A stretch of 64,000 nucleotides of DNA from Desulfatiglandales bacterium (GCA_963666345.1 OY762721.1:1568001-1632000), one strand, 5' to 3'. Numbered from the stretch's first letter, positions 8,596-19,392 are shown. Translations and numbers: made by a program. The notes: generated by a model from the letters alone, not told the origin.

Positions 8596-11376
8596 ATGAA
8601 CGATAAAAAATACTATCAGATGAAGGTAAGGGAGGTCCTGGACAACCTCAAGACCACGGCGGACGGACTTGATCCGGCAGAGGCCGCACGAAGGCTTGAT
8701 CAATACGGGGAAAACGCACTCACCGCCAGGATCGAGACCCCGCGCTGGCTGCTCCTTGTCTCGCAGTTCAAGGACCTGCTGGTGATTACCCTTATGGTCG
8801 CGGCGGCCATATCGATTATCATAGGCAGCACCAGGGATGCGGTTGTCATGATAATCATAGTCCTGATAAACGCCTTTATAGGTTTCATGCAGGAATACAG
8901 GGTGAGCCGGATACTTGAAAGCCTCAAGAATCTGATCAAGTCACCGGCCCGTGTGGTAAGGGCGGGTGAGCTCACGGAAGTCCCTCAGGACCGGCTCGTG
9001 CCGGGTGACATCGTCCGGCTTGAACCTGGGGACAAGGTACCGGCAGACATACGGGTCATGGAATCCTTTGACCTCAGGACCGAAGACTTCGCACTCACAG
9101 GCGAGTCCATGCCCCAGAGCAAGAACAGCCGCGCCATAAAAGAAGACTGCGTGCTGGGAGACAGGGACAACATGGTATTCATGGGAACCGCCGTTACCTC
9201 CGGCAGCGCCACAGGGGTCGTCACAGGCACCGGGATGAATGCCGAGATGGGCAGGATCGCCGGCATGACCCAGGAGACAGGCAAGGTGACCTCTCCGCTT
9301 GAGCGCGAACTGGGAGCCCTTGCCCGCTGGCTCACGATAACCGTGGTAATCATCGGGGCCGTCCTTTTCGCGGTATCTCTCTGGCAGGGGTTCACCCTTT
9401 TTACAAGCATGGTGTTTGCGCTAGGCATTGCCGTGGCCCTGGTGCCGCAGGCCCTTCCGGCTCAGGTGACCGTGGCCCTGTCCGCGACGAGCAAGAGGCT
9501 GGCCGAACTGAACGCAGTGGTCAGAAGCCTTCCCTCGGTGGAAACCCTCGGATCGACCAGTGTCATCAGTACCGATAAGACCGGAACACTCACCAGAAAC
9601 GAGATGACCGTTACCTCTGTCTGGTTCAACAACAGGCACTACTTTATGACCGGCACCGGGTATGAACCGGAAGGCGGCATACTGGGCCGGGACGGGGAAC
9701 CTCTCGATCAAAAAGACATAGATGAGATCGAGATAATGATGGACGCGGCCACCATGGCCTCAAACGCCGAGATACATGCCCCTGATGAAGAACATGACCT
9801 CTGGTACCCGGTAGGGGACCCCACGGAGGCGGCCCTTGTGACCATGTCCACGAAAATCGGCACCCGTTCCCCAAAAGAAGATGAGGAAAATCCCGAGCTC
9901 AAGGAATTTCCGTTCGACTCCGAACGCAAGCTCATGAGTTCGGTGAGACGGTTCGGCGACCGGGACCAGCTCGCCATGAAGGGGGCCACGGCAAGTGTTC
10001 TTTCCGTGAGCAGGCATATATACCGTGACGGCAGGACGGAACCTATCACGGAAGAGGATAAAGACGCAATCACGGCAATTAATGAGGAGTTCTCGAAAAA
10101 GGCCCTGCGTGTGCTGGCCATAGCGTACCGGCCGCTTGATCAGGGCGGGAAGGATTACACGCTGGAGGAAGCGGAAAAAGACGTGACCTTCCTCGGACTG
10201 GTGGGGATGACCGATCCGCCGAGAGAAGGCGTGGCAGAGGCGATGTCCGAGTGTCACGGTGCCGGTATCCGGACCTTCATCATGACGGGAGACCACCAGA
10301 TTACCGCCCAGGCGATCGGAATGGAGATCGGGCTTTCCGAATCGGATCATCCGTCACCTGTTATTACCGGATATGAACTGAAGGCCATGGATGACTCGAC
10401 CCTGTCAGGTGTCATGTCAAAGGAGCAATCCCTCATATTCTCGCGTGTGGACCCGGAAGATAAGCTGCGGATCGTGGAGCTTCTCGAGAAAAGCGGTGAG
10501 GTAGTCGCAGTTACGGGTGACGGTGTAAACGACGCCCCTGCCCTTCGCAAGGCGGATATCGGAGTCGCCATGGGAAAGATCGGAACCGATGTGGCAAAGG
10601 AGGCCTCCGAACTCGTCCTTCTGGACGACTCCTTTCCCACGCTCGTGAAGGCTGTAAGGGAGGGGCGCACGATCTACGCCAATCTGAGAAAAACCGTTCT
10701 CGCCTCCATGACCACCAACGCGGCCGAGCTCTTCGTGGTCCTTCTGGGGCTGGCCGCCGTGACGATCAAGGACTGGGCCATACCGATCCTTGCCATACAG
10801 ATCCTGGCGATAGATCTCCTTGCCGAGATAATGCCGCTTACCTGCCTGACCTTTGATCCCGGCTTCGAAGGGATAATGAAGCGGCCTCCAAGAGACCTCA
10901 AAGAGCATATCCTGAACAGGATCACATCCATGGAGGTGATCGGCCTTGGCCTTTTAATCGGAGTGCTCGCATTTTCCAATTACGCACTTTTCATGAACCG
11001 GCACGGGATAACCTTTACCATCGGCAGTGCCGACACCCTCCTTTACGCCAGGGCAACCACGATCACATATCTGACCATAGCCTTCTGCCAGTTTGCAAAC
11101 ATCCTGTCACACCGCTTCGAACGCACATCCATATTCAGGGGGGATTTCTTCTCAAACCCCTTGCTTCTCCTGTCCATAGGAGGGTCCATAATCCTTATAC
11201 TGATTGTGGTTCACACGCCCGGTGTAAGGGATTTTCTCCGCTTCGCCCCCATTTCCCTGATCGACTGGACCCATGTACTGGGAGCGGCGGCCCTGTATCT
11301 TGCGGCCTTTGAGCTGCTCAAGATGTTCAGGCGGATCAGGAACCCTCTAACAGACAAGAAAGCCCTCGGCCGGTAA
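8596..11376 (+). CDS. Cation-transporting P-type ATPase (P2-like)
   Basis: TGES, DKTGTLT, MTGD, GDGVND motifs; about 10 TM helices. Confidence 0.95.
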   Translation: MNDKKYYQMKVREVLDNLKTTADGLDPAEAARRLDQYGENALTARIETPRWLLLVSQFKDLLVITLMVAAAISIIIGSTRDAVVMIIIVLINAFIGFMQEYRVSRILESLKNLIKSPARVVRAGELTEVPQDRLVPGDIVRLEPGDKVPADIRVMESFDLRTEDFALTGESMPQSKNSRAIKEDCVLGDRDNMVFMGTAVTSGSATGVVTGTGMNAEMGRIAGMTQETGKVTSPLERELGALARWLTITVVIIGAVLFAVSLWQGFTLFTSMVFALGIAVALVPQALPAQVTVALSATSKRLAELNAVVRSLPSVETLGSTSVISTDKTGTLTRNEMTVTSVWFNNRHYFMTGTGYEPEGGILGRDGEPLDQKDIDEIEIMMDAATMASNAEIHAPDEEHDLWYPVGDPTEAALVTMSTKIGTRSPKEDEENPELKEFPFDSERKLMSSVRRFGDRDQLAMKGATASVLSVSRHIYRDGRTEPITEEDKDAITAINEEFSKKALRVLAIAYRPLDQGGKDYTLEEAEKDVTFLGLVGMTDPPREGVAEAMSECHGAGIRTFIMTGDHQITAQAIGMEIGLSESDHPSPVITGYELKAMDDSTLSGVMSKEQSLIFSRVDPEDKLRIVELLEKSGEVVAVTGDGVNDAPALRKADIGVAMGKIGTDVAKEASELVLLDDSFPTLVKAVREGRTIYANLRKTVLASMTTNAAELFVVLLGLAAVTIKDWAIPILAIQILAIDLLAEIMPLTCLTFDPGFEGIMKRPPRDLKEHILNRITSMEVIGLGLLIGVLAFSNYALFMNRHGITFTIGSADTLLYARATTITYLTIAFCQFANILSHRFERTSIFRGDFFSNPLLLLSIGGSIILILIVVHTPGVRDFLRFAPISLIDWTHVLGAAALYLAAFELLKMFRRIRNPLTDKKALGR

Positions 11377-11455
11377 AAAACAGGACCTGGAAAAGGGATT
11401 GTCCGCCGCACCCAGCGCTGCTGATCCTTTAATTCAAACATGGGGGAGCAAAGAA

Positions 11456-12268
11456 ATGGAAGATCTGAGCGCCCGGCAGATGAGAAAATTCATGGAGAAC
11501 CGCAATGAAGCCGACTACCTTCTCATAGACGTGCGTCAGCCTCATGAATACGAACAGGGGCACATCCCGGGTGCCAGGCTCTTCCCCCTTCCTCAGCTTG
11601 AGCCTGGCCTTTTTGATCTGCCCGATGACAGGGATCTTCTCTTTTACTGCAGGACCGGTTCAAGGTCCAGGACCGCTGCCATGCTGGCGGAGGAGGCGGA
11701 GGTGACAGAGGGGAAAGTCTATAACCTGGTCGGCGGGATCATGAGGTGGCAGGGAAACACCCTTTCCGATTTCCCATCCGTCCAGGTCTTCGACGGGTCC
11801 GAAACAGGTACGGACCTGCTGATAAAGGCAATTGATCTTGAAAAAGGGGCGTGGCGCTTCTACAAAGAGGTAGTAAAAAGATATGAAGACAACCAGGCCG
11901 CCTCAACCATCAAGGGGCTTTTAAAGGCTGAAAAAGCCCACGCAGAGATGATCTACGCCTTTCTTGACAGGGAAGACATAAAAGAGACATTTGAACAGAT
12001 CTGGAAAGGCCTTAAAGGAGATATACTTGAGGGAGGCGGAAGTCTCGAGGAGATGATCTCCTGCCTTGAAGACATTGAAGGGAACCTCTGTCTCAACATT
12101 GTGGGGCTGTCCCTTGACATCGAGTATTCCGCTTTCGACCTATACCGCACCATGGCGGAAAGACACCAGGAAAGCAGGGCGGCAGAGACCTTTCTTTCAA
12201 TAGCCCAAGCTGAAAAGGGCCATATGAGGCTGCTTACCAGGGCGATAGACAGGTGCGATGAAGGTTGA
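11456..12268 (+). CDS. Rhodanese domain fused to a rubrerythrin/ferritin-like domain
   Basis: LIDVRQPHEYEQGHIPGA, active loop CRTGSRS; paired E...ExxH motifs (EKAH, EKGH). Confidence 0.85.
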   Translation: MEDLSARQMRKFMENRNEADYLLIDVRQPHEYEQGHIPGARLFPLPQLEPGLFDLPDDRDLLFYCRTGSRSRTAAMLAEEAEVTEGKVYNLVGGIMRWQGNTLSDFPSVQVFDGSETGTDLLIKAIDLEKGAWRFYKEVVKRYEDNQAASTIKGLLKAEKAHAEMIYAFLDREDIKETFEQIWKGLKGDILEGGGSLEEMISCLEDIEGNLCLNIVGLSLDIEYSAFDLYRTMAERHQESRAAETFLSIAQAEKGHMRLLTRAIDRCDEG

Positions 12269-12372
12269 GGCCTGCTCGCGACATCCGACTACCGCACCAT
12301 GGGCAGGTGGATCGGCCGGGCTGCCGCACGTAACAAGGGGGGCTGCTACTGCATGCCTGAGGGAGGATACAA

Positions 12373-13716
12373 TCACTCGGTGCCGGGTGAAAACGCGCAG
12401 ACCTTTCTTGAGGGGCTTACATTATGAGCGGAAGCAGGCATTTTAAGCCGGCCTGATGGGTTCTCCCTACGTAGCATGAAACCCGCAGCCCCTGCCAGGC
12501 AGCATGACACGAAATAGAGGAGGAACAGGGCTGAGAAATCCCCGCTGCTAAGGCCGCTTTCCAGGTTCCCGCAACGGTCCAGGATGGCCCCTGCCAGAGG
12601 CTGGAACATGGCGCTTCCGGCCATGGGAAATACATAGATGAGGCCTGTAACGGTCCCTGCGATCTGAACCGGAAAACGCTCTTTTGCGCCAGCGAAGCAC
12701 ACCCCTGCCGGGCCCGCCCCCACAAGCCCGAAAAGGAGATTGTATGCATATATCTCAGGCAGGCACATGGAACCGTTTCGCACAAGCAGCCAGAGGGTTA
12801 AAGCAGCCAGGGCCGACATGCTCAAGCCCAGTATCCGCCCGTGTGAATTAAATCTCGTAGCGAGCCATCCGAAAAGGATCGGCCCGAACACCCAGCCTAA
12901 GGAAAACAGGTTGATGACGCTCCCTGCGGATGTCTTGCTCATACCGTAGACCTGAATGAAGTAAGGCCCCGCCCACAGCCCCACAAAGCTGAACATGACC
13001 CCTCCGTTAAGGAAAAACCAGACCGCCAGGAGCCGGAAATCACGATTTGCCAGGATCATGCCGATGGTCTTTCCCGCGGCAGGCCTCTGCAGTGGAAGGC
13101 CCGGTTCTTTCAGCTCAGGCTCTGCCGGCGACAGGCCGAAATCCTGCGGTTTATTTCGAACAAAAAGCCAGACCAGCAGGCCGTTCAGAAATGTCAGCCC
13201 TGCAAGGACCTGGAAACTTGATCTCCACCCGATCCATTCACTGATCCACGCAAGAGGTGAACCGGCCACCACCCCTCCCAGCCCGGCTATCGAAAGGACC
13301 AGGGATGCGGCCATGACATACTGTCTGGATGGAAACCATGCGGTTAAGGCCTTATAGGTCGGTACAAGAACCGCTGATACCCCCAACCCCACAAGCACCC
13401 GGGAAAAAAAGGCGGTTGTAACACTGTCCGCCATTGAAAAAAGCAGGGACCCCACGGCCGCCATGCACATGCATATGGTGACAAGGAGACGCGCCCCGAG
13501 CTTGTCCGCAATGATCCCCACCGGCACCTGCATAAGGGCATAGGGGTAAAAGTATGCCGAGGCCATAAGTCCTGCAACCGCCCCTGACGCATTAAAGGAT
13601 CTGATAAGATCACCCACAAGAACCGCCGGACACATGCGGTGTACGTAGACCAGAAGGTAGGATAAGGAAAGAAGTGAAACTATTACCCACCGATACGAAG
13701 ATACACGGTAATTCAT
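12373..13716 (-). CDS. MFS transporter, same subfamily as 4782-6065
   Basis: SAYFYPYALMQVPVGIIADKLG; about 12 TM helices. Confidence 0.9.
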   Translation of the reverse strand: MNYRVSSYRWVIVSLLSLSYLLVYVHRMCPAVLVGDLIRSFNASGAVAGLMASAYFYPYALMQVPVGIIADKLGARLLVTICMCMAAVGSLLFSMADSVTTAFFSRVLVGLGVSAVLVPTYKALTAWFPSRQYVMAASLVLSIAGLGGVVAGSPLAWISEWIGWRSSFQVLAGLTFLNGLLVWLFVRNKPQDFGLSPAEPELKEPGLPLQRPAAGKTIGMILANRDFRLLAVWFFLNGGVMFSFVGLWAGPYFIQVYGMSKTSAGSVINLFSLGWVFGPILFGWLATRFNSHGRILGLSMSALAALTLWLLVRNGSMCLPEIYAYNLLFGLVGAGPAGVCFAGAKERFPVQIAGTVTGLIYVFPMAGSAMFQPLAGAILDRCGNLESGLSSGDFSALFLLYFVSCCLAGAAGFMLRRENPSGRLKMPASAHNVSPSRKVCAFSPGTE

Positions 13717-13904
13717 AAAAATCCAGTATCAGAAAAAAGGCTTTTCCTGCCTGATTTTGTTAAAGACAAGGCCTCCCGAAATATTTCCCACAGCCAGCGG
13801 CCTGAGTGGAGTAATTGTATGTTTCAGGGGCCATCTGCAACCGGTCCAGCTAAAGGCATGAGCAGGCGGAAAAATCCCCCCGTTCATGCCTTTAAATCCC
13901 GGAT

Positions 13905-15803
13905 CTACCCCATGAGGGAAGGGAGCCACAGGGTGATCGCCGGCACAAAGAACGTGATGGTGATACGTACCACATCAGTGGCGATGAACGGAACTATCCC
14001 CTTGAAGATGGTGGAAAGAGACACATCTTTTGCCACACCCGCCAGGACAAACACGTTGATGCCCACTGGAGGGGTTATCTGTCCCATCTCGGCCATTGTC
14101 ACAACTAGCACCCCGAACCAGATCGGGTCATAACCGAGCCCGGTTACGATGGGGAAAAATATCGGCACTGTCAGGATGATGGCCGGGATGATGGGCATGA
14201 CGCATCCCAGGATAACGTAAACTCCAAGGATGGCCCATATGGTGACCGCGCTCGGAACGTCCATGCCCACCACGAACTCCGCGAGCCGGAACGGGATCTG
14301 TGACCTGGTCAGGAAATAACCGAAGATCTCCGCTCCGATGAGCATGAGCATGAGCATGGAGGTATTTTTTCCCGCCTCCGACAGTGCGGCCCAGATCTTC
14401 GGCATGCTCAGCTTCCGCTTGAACACCCCGATGACAAAGGCACCGAAACACCCCACTCCAGCCGCCTCGGTGGGGGTGAAAACCCCCGCATAGATGCCGC
14501 CGATGACTAGGGAGAACAGGACCAGTATCCCCCATGTACCCTTGAGGGAAACGATTTTATCCCTGAGTGAGGAGGAGGGTCCCGGCGGGCCAAGCTCCGG
14601 TTTCAGCCTGCACATAAGGTAGATGGCAAGCATGTAGAAGAGTGCCTGCATAAGCCCGGGAATAACCCCGGCGATAAAGAGCTTTCCGATCGACTCCTCG
14701 GTGAGGCTCGCGTAGATGATAAAAGCAAAGCTGGGAGGAATCAGGATTCCGATGGTGCCTCCGGAGGCTATCGCCCCGCACGCGAGGCTGTCCGCATACC
14801 TGTAGCGTTTCATCTCAGGCAGGGCGATGGTTCCCATGGTAACGGCCGTGGCAAGGCTGGACCCGCTCACCGCGGCGAACCCGGCGCATCCTCCAACGGT
14901 CGACATGGCGAGCCCCCCCGGGAGTCTCCCGAGCCAGTGTCGGAGGGTCTTGTAGATGTCGGTGCTTACCTCCGAATAAAAACAGAGAAGCCCCATAAGC
15001 ATAAACAGCGGGATGGTTGTCATTGCCTGATTCGACGAAGCGGTGTAAGGAGAGGTGCCGAGCACCGCCAGACTCGCCTCCGGGTTCACCAGATAGGAAA
15101 AGCCCAGAAAGCCGATCAGCGCCATGACCGGACCGATGGCCATGCCGGTAAAGAGCAGCACGATAAGCATTGCGATACCGAGAAGGCCGGCATCAATACG
15201 GGTCACATTCCACGGCGCCCATTCAAGCAGCAGGGGAAGGCACGCAATAACCGCAATGATAGCCGCCCCAATGCAGAACCATATCCCGGGGTTCCTGCAT
15301 TTCGCCCTGACTCCATCCACCGCGCGAATCGCATCTATCAGGAATTGAAGAGTAAGAAGGATCGAGCCTGCCGCCACAACCCACATGAACGGATAGTGGG
15401 GGATGGAAAGGACTCCGGAACATGTGCCTGCGACATACACCGATCCGGCCTGAACAATTCCCCGCCAAGACACAAGCGCCAGGACCCCGAAGCAGAGAAC
15501 CCCGGTTATGAAGTAAAGCACCGCATTGGTCCCCGGGGACAACTTCTCCGTGAGAAGGCTCACCGCCACGTGACTCTTCTTCAACTGGGTGAAGGCAAGC
15601 CCGGAGAAGACCAGGAACACCATCATAAATTCAACAAGTTCATAGCTTCCCTTGATCGGACTGTTGAAGAAGTAGCGAAGCACCACATCCGTGGTGATAA
15701 GCAGCACCATAAGAAGGAGCACCATGCGTCCCGCCTGTTCCATAAGCCGGATAACCGGGCCGGTGCACCTGTCCATTGCCAGCGCTGAATGTTCAAGACT
15801 CAT
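13905..15803 (-). CDS. TRAP transporter fused small and large permease (DctQM)
   Basis: N-terminal DctQ (DVVLRYFFNSPI, HVAV) then DctM (SGSSLAT, GILIPPS, TPTEAA, ITPPVG). Confidence 0.92.
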   Translation of the reverse strand: MSLEHSALAMDRCTGPVIRLMEQAGRMVLLLMVLLITTDVVLRYFFNSPIKGSYELVEFMMVFLVFSGLAFTQLKKSHVAVSLLTEKLSPGTNAVLYFITGVLCFGVLALVSWRGIVQAGSVYVAGTCSGVLSIPHYPFMWVVAAGSILLTLQFLIDAIRAVDGVRAKCRNPGIWFCIGAAIIAVIACLPLLLEWAPWNVTRIDAGLLGIAMLIVLLFTGMAIGPVMALIGFLGFSYLVNPEASLAVLGTSPYTASSNQAMTTIPLFMLMGLLCFYSEVSTDIYKTLRHWLGRLPGGLAMSTVGGCAGFAAVSGSSLATAVTMGTIALPEMKRYRYADSLACGAIASGGTIGILIPPSFAFIIYASLTEESIGKLFIAGVIPGLMQALFYMLAIYLMCRLKPELGPPGPSSSLRDKIVSLKGTWGILVLFSLVIGGIYAGVFTPTEAAGVGCFGAFVIGVFKRKLSMPKIWAALSEAGKNTSMLMLMLIGAEIFGYFLTRSQIPFRLAEFVVGMDVPSAVTIWAILGVYVILGCVMPIIPAIILTVPIFFPIVTGLGYDPIWFGVLVVTMAEMGQITPPVGINVFVLAGVAKDVSLSTIFKGIVPFIATDVVRITITFFVPAITLWLPSLMG

Positions 15804-15821
15804 TTGATAATCCTCCCGGTG

Positions 15822-16883
15822 CTATTTTCCCATGTATTGGGGAGAATATTTCTCCACCAGACGCACTGCCTCGTCCAGCACTGCCTGGCCGGGAAGACCC
15901 TTGGCCTCCATGTCTTTTACCCATTTCTCCCACGCCGGCTTGGCTGTCTCACGCCACCTGGCGATCTCATCGCCGGAAAGATCGATTACCTCATCACCCC
16001 TTTTTGTAACCCTCTCTATGCCCTTCTGCATCTCCCCGCTCACAGCGGTGCAGATGGCGTCCGGAAGCATCTCGGCGGACACATCGGTAAAGACCTTCCG
16101 GATATCCTCCGGAAGTGATTCCCATGTCTTCTTGTTCATGGCGGTCCAGTAGCAGACACCGCCCAGATGCGCGTTGGTATGATACCTGGTGACCTCATAG
16201 AGCTTCCATGTGTTGAACGCACCCCACGCAAGTGCGCTTCCGTCGGTGACCCCCTTTTCCACGGACTGATAGATCTTGGGGGTACCCATGGTAACCGGCA
16301 CCGCTCCCATACCCTCCAGGGCGGCCCTGGCCGCGGACTGGGTGGCGATCTTGAGACCCTTTACGTCTTCGAGTCTCTTGACGGATGTATCCACCATATG
16401 AAGTTCGTATGGCAGGGTTACCCACAGGTTGAGGATATGCACATCCTTGTGTTCCGCCCGTATCTCAGGGAACTTGGCGTAGAGATCGGTCAGGGCATGA
16501 GCACCCACGAAGGTATTGGGGCTCATGAAGGGCAGTTCCATGACACTGGTCAGCGGAAAGCGTCCCGGGGTAAGACTGTGGGATGCCCATGAGATGTCGG
16601 CGATCCCGTTTACCACCGCATCGTAGGAATCCCGCGCCTTCACCATGGTCTGGGACATATAGAAGGTGATCTTGACCCTGCCGTTGGTGCGCTTTTCCAC
16701 CTCTTTTGCCCACGGCAGCATTGCCCCCCTGTAGGGTGACGACTTCGGAGGGATATACATGGCGAAACTAAGCTCGATCTGCTTTTTCGCATAGCTCACA
16801 CCGGGCGTAAGGATAAACCCCAGTGACAGAACAGCTGTCAGCATTAAACACAACACTCCACGGTAGATTGTTCTTTTCTCCAT
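15822..16883 (-). CDS. dctP: TRAP transporter substrate-binding protein
   Basis: Signal peptide, VEKRTNGRVKI, DVKGLKI, MNKKTWESLPED; SD AAGGAG. Confidence 0.92.
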   Translation of the reverse strand: MEKRTIYRGVLCLMLTAVLSLGFILTPGVSYAKKQIELSFAMYIPPKSSPYRGAMLPWAKEVEKRTNGRVKITFYMSQTMVKARDSYDAVVNGIADISWASHSLTPGRFPLTSVMELPFMSPNTFVGAHALTDLYAKFPEIRAEHKDVHILNLWVTLPYELHMVDTSVKRLEDVKGLKIATQSAARAALEGMGAVPVTMGTPKIYQSVEKGVTDGSALAWGAFNTWKLYEVTRYHTNAHLGGVCYWTAMNKKTWESLPEDIRKVFTDVSAEMLPDAICTAVSGEMQKGIERVTKRGDEVIDLSGDEIARWRETAKPAWEKWVKDMEAKGLPGQAVLDEAVRLVEKYSPQYMGK

Positions 16884-17112
16884 TCTTTTACTTTCTCCTT
16901 TCAGATTACCTGTTTTATTGTGCACGGTCTTCGGCTCAGCCCTGGCAAATCCCGGCATGAGCTAATTCTGGCCATTTTGTAACCATAAGTTCACATCGCG
17001 TGCACAATATAGAAGACTCCTTTAATGGTCAAGGGAAAAATACCTATTTATTTTTTTAATCAAATAGCTTAATATATTTAGCAATATGCCTTACAGATGC
17101 CATGCAATTTGC

Positions 17113-17154
17113 TTGACATGTTCACTATATAGACATATGGTCACTATATAGTCA
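17113..17154 (+). promoter_or_regulatory. Sigma70 promoter overlapped by two 18-bp direct repeats (candidate IclR operators)
   Basis: TTGACA(17113)-N17-TATGGT; ATGTTCACTATATAGACA (17118) and ATGGTCACTATATAGTCA (17137). Confidence 0.6.
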
Positions 17155-17234
17155 CATGCAATAGAATCCTGCTCTGCTCTTTTCACTGCAGCGCGGCAGG
17201 CATCAAATCAATTATTACATGGAGGAAATCAGTT

Positions 17235-18455
17235 ATGGCGTGGCCTTACAGGTACGAGACAGGAGTCGCTCATTATGACAGAGACAGGGCATTTACCGGA
17301 TATACCCTTGTAACACCTTTTCCGGGACGTTCGGCATCGGCCCCTAATGAAGAAAAAGGCGAGGTGTTTCTTATTGATATGACCGGGCAGGTTGTCCACT
17401 CATGGAAGGCCCCCTTTCCGGTATGGTATGCCAGGCTGATGCCTGACGGCCACCTTGTGACGGCCCTGCGGCGCTCGACCCCGGAGCACCCCGACCGCCC
17501 GGGTTTTGATGCCTATCATATGGGAGGTGCCCACGGCCAGCTCATGGAACTGGACTGGGACAGCACAATCCTGTTTGAGCACTTTGACCCTAATATGCAT
17601 CACGACTTCCGCAGACTTGAAAACGGCAACTATATATATGTGGGATGGGAAAAGGTTCCGGACGATCTTGCAAAGCAGATCAGGGGCGGCCAGAAGGGCA
17701 CGGAACACAAGGACGGAACCATGTTCGGAGACTATTTCCGAGAGATAAACCCCGCAGGCCAGACCGTGTGGGAGTGGCACGGCATAGAGCATTTCGACCC
17801 GGATATCGACATCATAGGTGCAATCCACCCCAGGGAGGAATGGACCCATATAAACGACGTGGACGTGATGCCTGACGGCAACATCCTTTCAGACAGCCGC
17901 CATACTGACGGGGCATTCATAATAGAGCGCTCCTCAGGAGAAATCATATGGCGGTGGGGAAATGTGGCCTACCTGGATAAGGAAACAGGCCTTGTTGAGC
18001 ACAGGGACGTGCGGGACGCCACCAACATGGGCGGACCCCATGACGGGCATCTAATAGGCCCCGGGCTCCCGGGGGAAGGCAACATGCTCATCTATGACAA
18101 CGGCATGTACAACTACGTGTCAAGGGCGCTTGAGGTGAGTATCGAGACAGGCGAGGTGGTCTGGCAGAGCGAAGGCACCTTCGGCCTTGAAGGCTACGTC
18201 AAAGGCAGGGTCCACTTCTCCCCCTTCATAAGCGGAGCCGACAGGCTCCCCAACGGCAACACCATGATATGCTCGGGAGGAAACGGCGTAATCTTTGAGG
18301 TGACAAATAAAAAGGAGATAGTCTGGCACTATGTCAGGCCCGCGCCAAACATCCGCTCAGAAGTCCGGTACGGCATCTTTCGTGCCCACAGATACGCTCC
18401 TGACTACTGCCCTCAGTTCGAAAAAATCACTCCTGCAGGCGGTCAGCTGGTATAA
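17235..18455 (+). CDS. Arylsulfotransferase (ASST) family beta-propeller, no signal peptide
   Basis: GYTL, LIDMTGQVVHSW, MHHDF, WTHIND, GPHD, YDNG, ISGADRLPNGNTMI motifs. Confidence 0.85.
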   Translation: MAWPYRYETGVAHYDRDRAFTGYTLVTPFPGRSASAPNEEKGEVFLIDMTGQVVHSWKAPFPVWYARLMPDGHLVTALRRSTPEHPDRPGFDAYHMGGAHGQLMELDWDSTILFEHFDPNMHHDFRRLENGNYIYVGWEKVPDDLAKQIRGGQKGTEHKDGTMFGDYFREINPAGQTVWEWHGIEHFDPDIDIIGAIHPREEWTHINDVDVMPDGNILSDSRHTDGAFIIERSSGEIIWRWGNVAYLDKETGLVEHRDVRDATNMGGPHDGHLIGPGLPGEGNMLIYDNGMYNYVSRALEVSIETGEVVWQSEGTFGLEGYVKGRVHFSPFISGADRLPNGNTMICSGGNGVIFEVTNKKEIVWHYVRPAPNIRSEVRYGIFRAHRYAPDYCPQFEKITPAGGQLV

Positions 18456-18461
18456 GCTTTA

Positions 18462-18494
18462 CCGGGGAGGCCCGCCTCAAGCCGGCCTCCCCGG
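18462..18494 (+). terminator. Strong hairpin after the sulfotransferase gene
   Basis: CCGGGGAGGCC / GGCCTCCCCGG 11-bp stem; lacks a U-tract. Confidence 0.5.
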
Positions 18495-18597
18495 ACAAAA
18501 AAAGAGGCGTTCTTGACATGGAGCGGACAATACTTGATACTGCCTGAGCAGGCACTCGACTGTTCAACCCCTTGAGATCCTATGACGGGTAACAATC

Positions 18598-19392
18598 ATG
18601 AAACCAACCGACAGTGACCGAAAGCAGCCCTATTTTGTTCAGTCTCTGGACCGCGCCATGAACGTACTGGAGTGCTTCAACTACAATAACAGGGAGCTTG
18701 ATCTGGCCTCCATCACAAAGAAGACGGAACTCAACAGGACCACAGCCAGACGCCTGATAAACCATCTTCTCTCAAGAGACTATCTTGCATACGATCAGGA
18801 GACCAGGCGCTACAGGCTCGGGCTCAAGCTTTTCGAGCTCGGCGGAGTGGTCATGTCTTCCATTTCGCTTCGCAAGGTGGCGGCCCCGCATCTGACAGAG
18901 CTTCGAAACAGTACCGGTTACACGGTCTTTCTCGGCACAGGCCACGATGAAAGGCTCCTTTATCTTGACATGCGCGCGGCAAAGGGGCCCTTTCGGTTTT
19001 CATCCAACATCGGGACAATACGTCCCCTTCACTACGGTATGCTCGGAATAGTTATCATGGCCTATCTGCCCCGGAGCGAACAGGAAAAGATACTGGATGA
19101 GCAGCCCCTTGTACACCACGTTCCCAACTCCATAACAGACCGGGATCAGTTCAGTCTCATACTTGCAAAAACAAAGGAAAAAGGCTATCTCGTCGAAAAG
19201 GAGCTCGTGGTGGAAGGGTTCGCAGGCATAGCAGCACCTGTCAGAGATCACACAAGGCGGGTCGTAGCAGCCCTCGGTCTGGCCGTTCCGATAGTGGTGC
19301 TGGACGATCCGGTCAGAAGAAAGTCCCTCATAAAGGATGTCACTGCCACGGCAAACAGTATCTCCCACGACCTCGGTTATCTCAGCATTTAG
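18598..19392 (+). CDS. IclR family transcriptional regulator
   Basis: VQSLDRAM HTH, YRLGLKLFELG, GIAAPVRD. Confidence 0.92.
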   Translation: MKPTDSDRKQPYFVQSLDRAMNVLECFNYNNRELDLASITKKTELNRTTARRLINHLLSRDYLAYDQETRRYRLGLKLFELGGVVMSSISLRKVAAPHLTELRNSTGYTVFLGTGHDERLLYLDMRAAKGPFRFSSNIGTIRPLHYGMLGIVIMAYLPRSEQEKILDEQPLVHHVPNSITDRDQFSLILAKTKEKGYLVEKELVVEGFAGIAAPVRDHTRRVVAALGLAVPIVVLDDPVRRKSLIKDVTATANSISHDLGYLSI

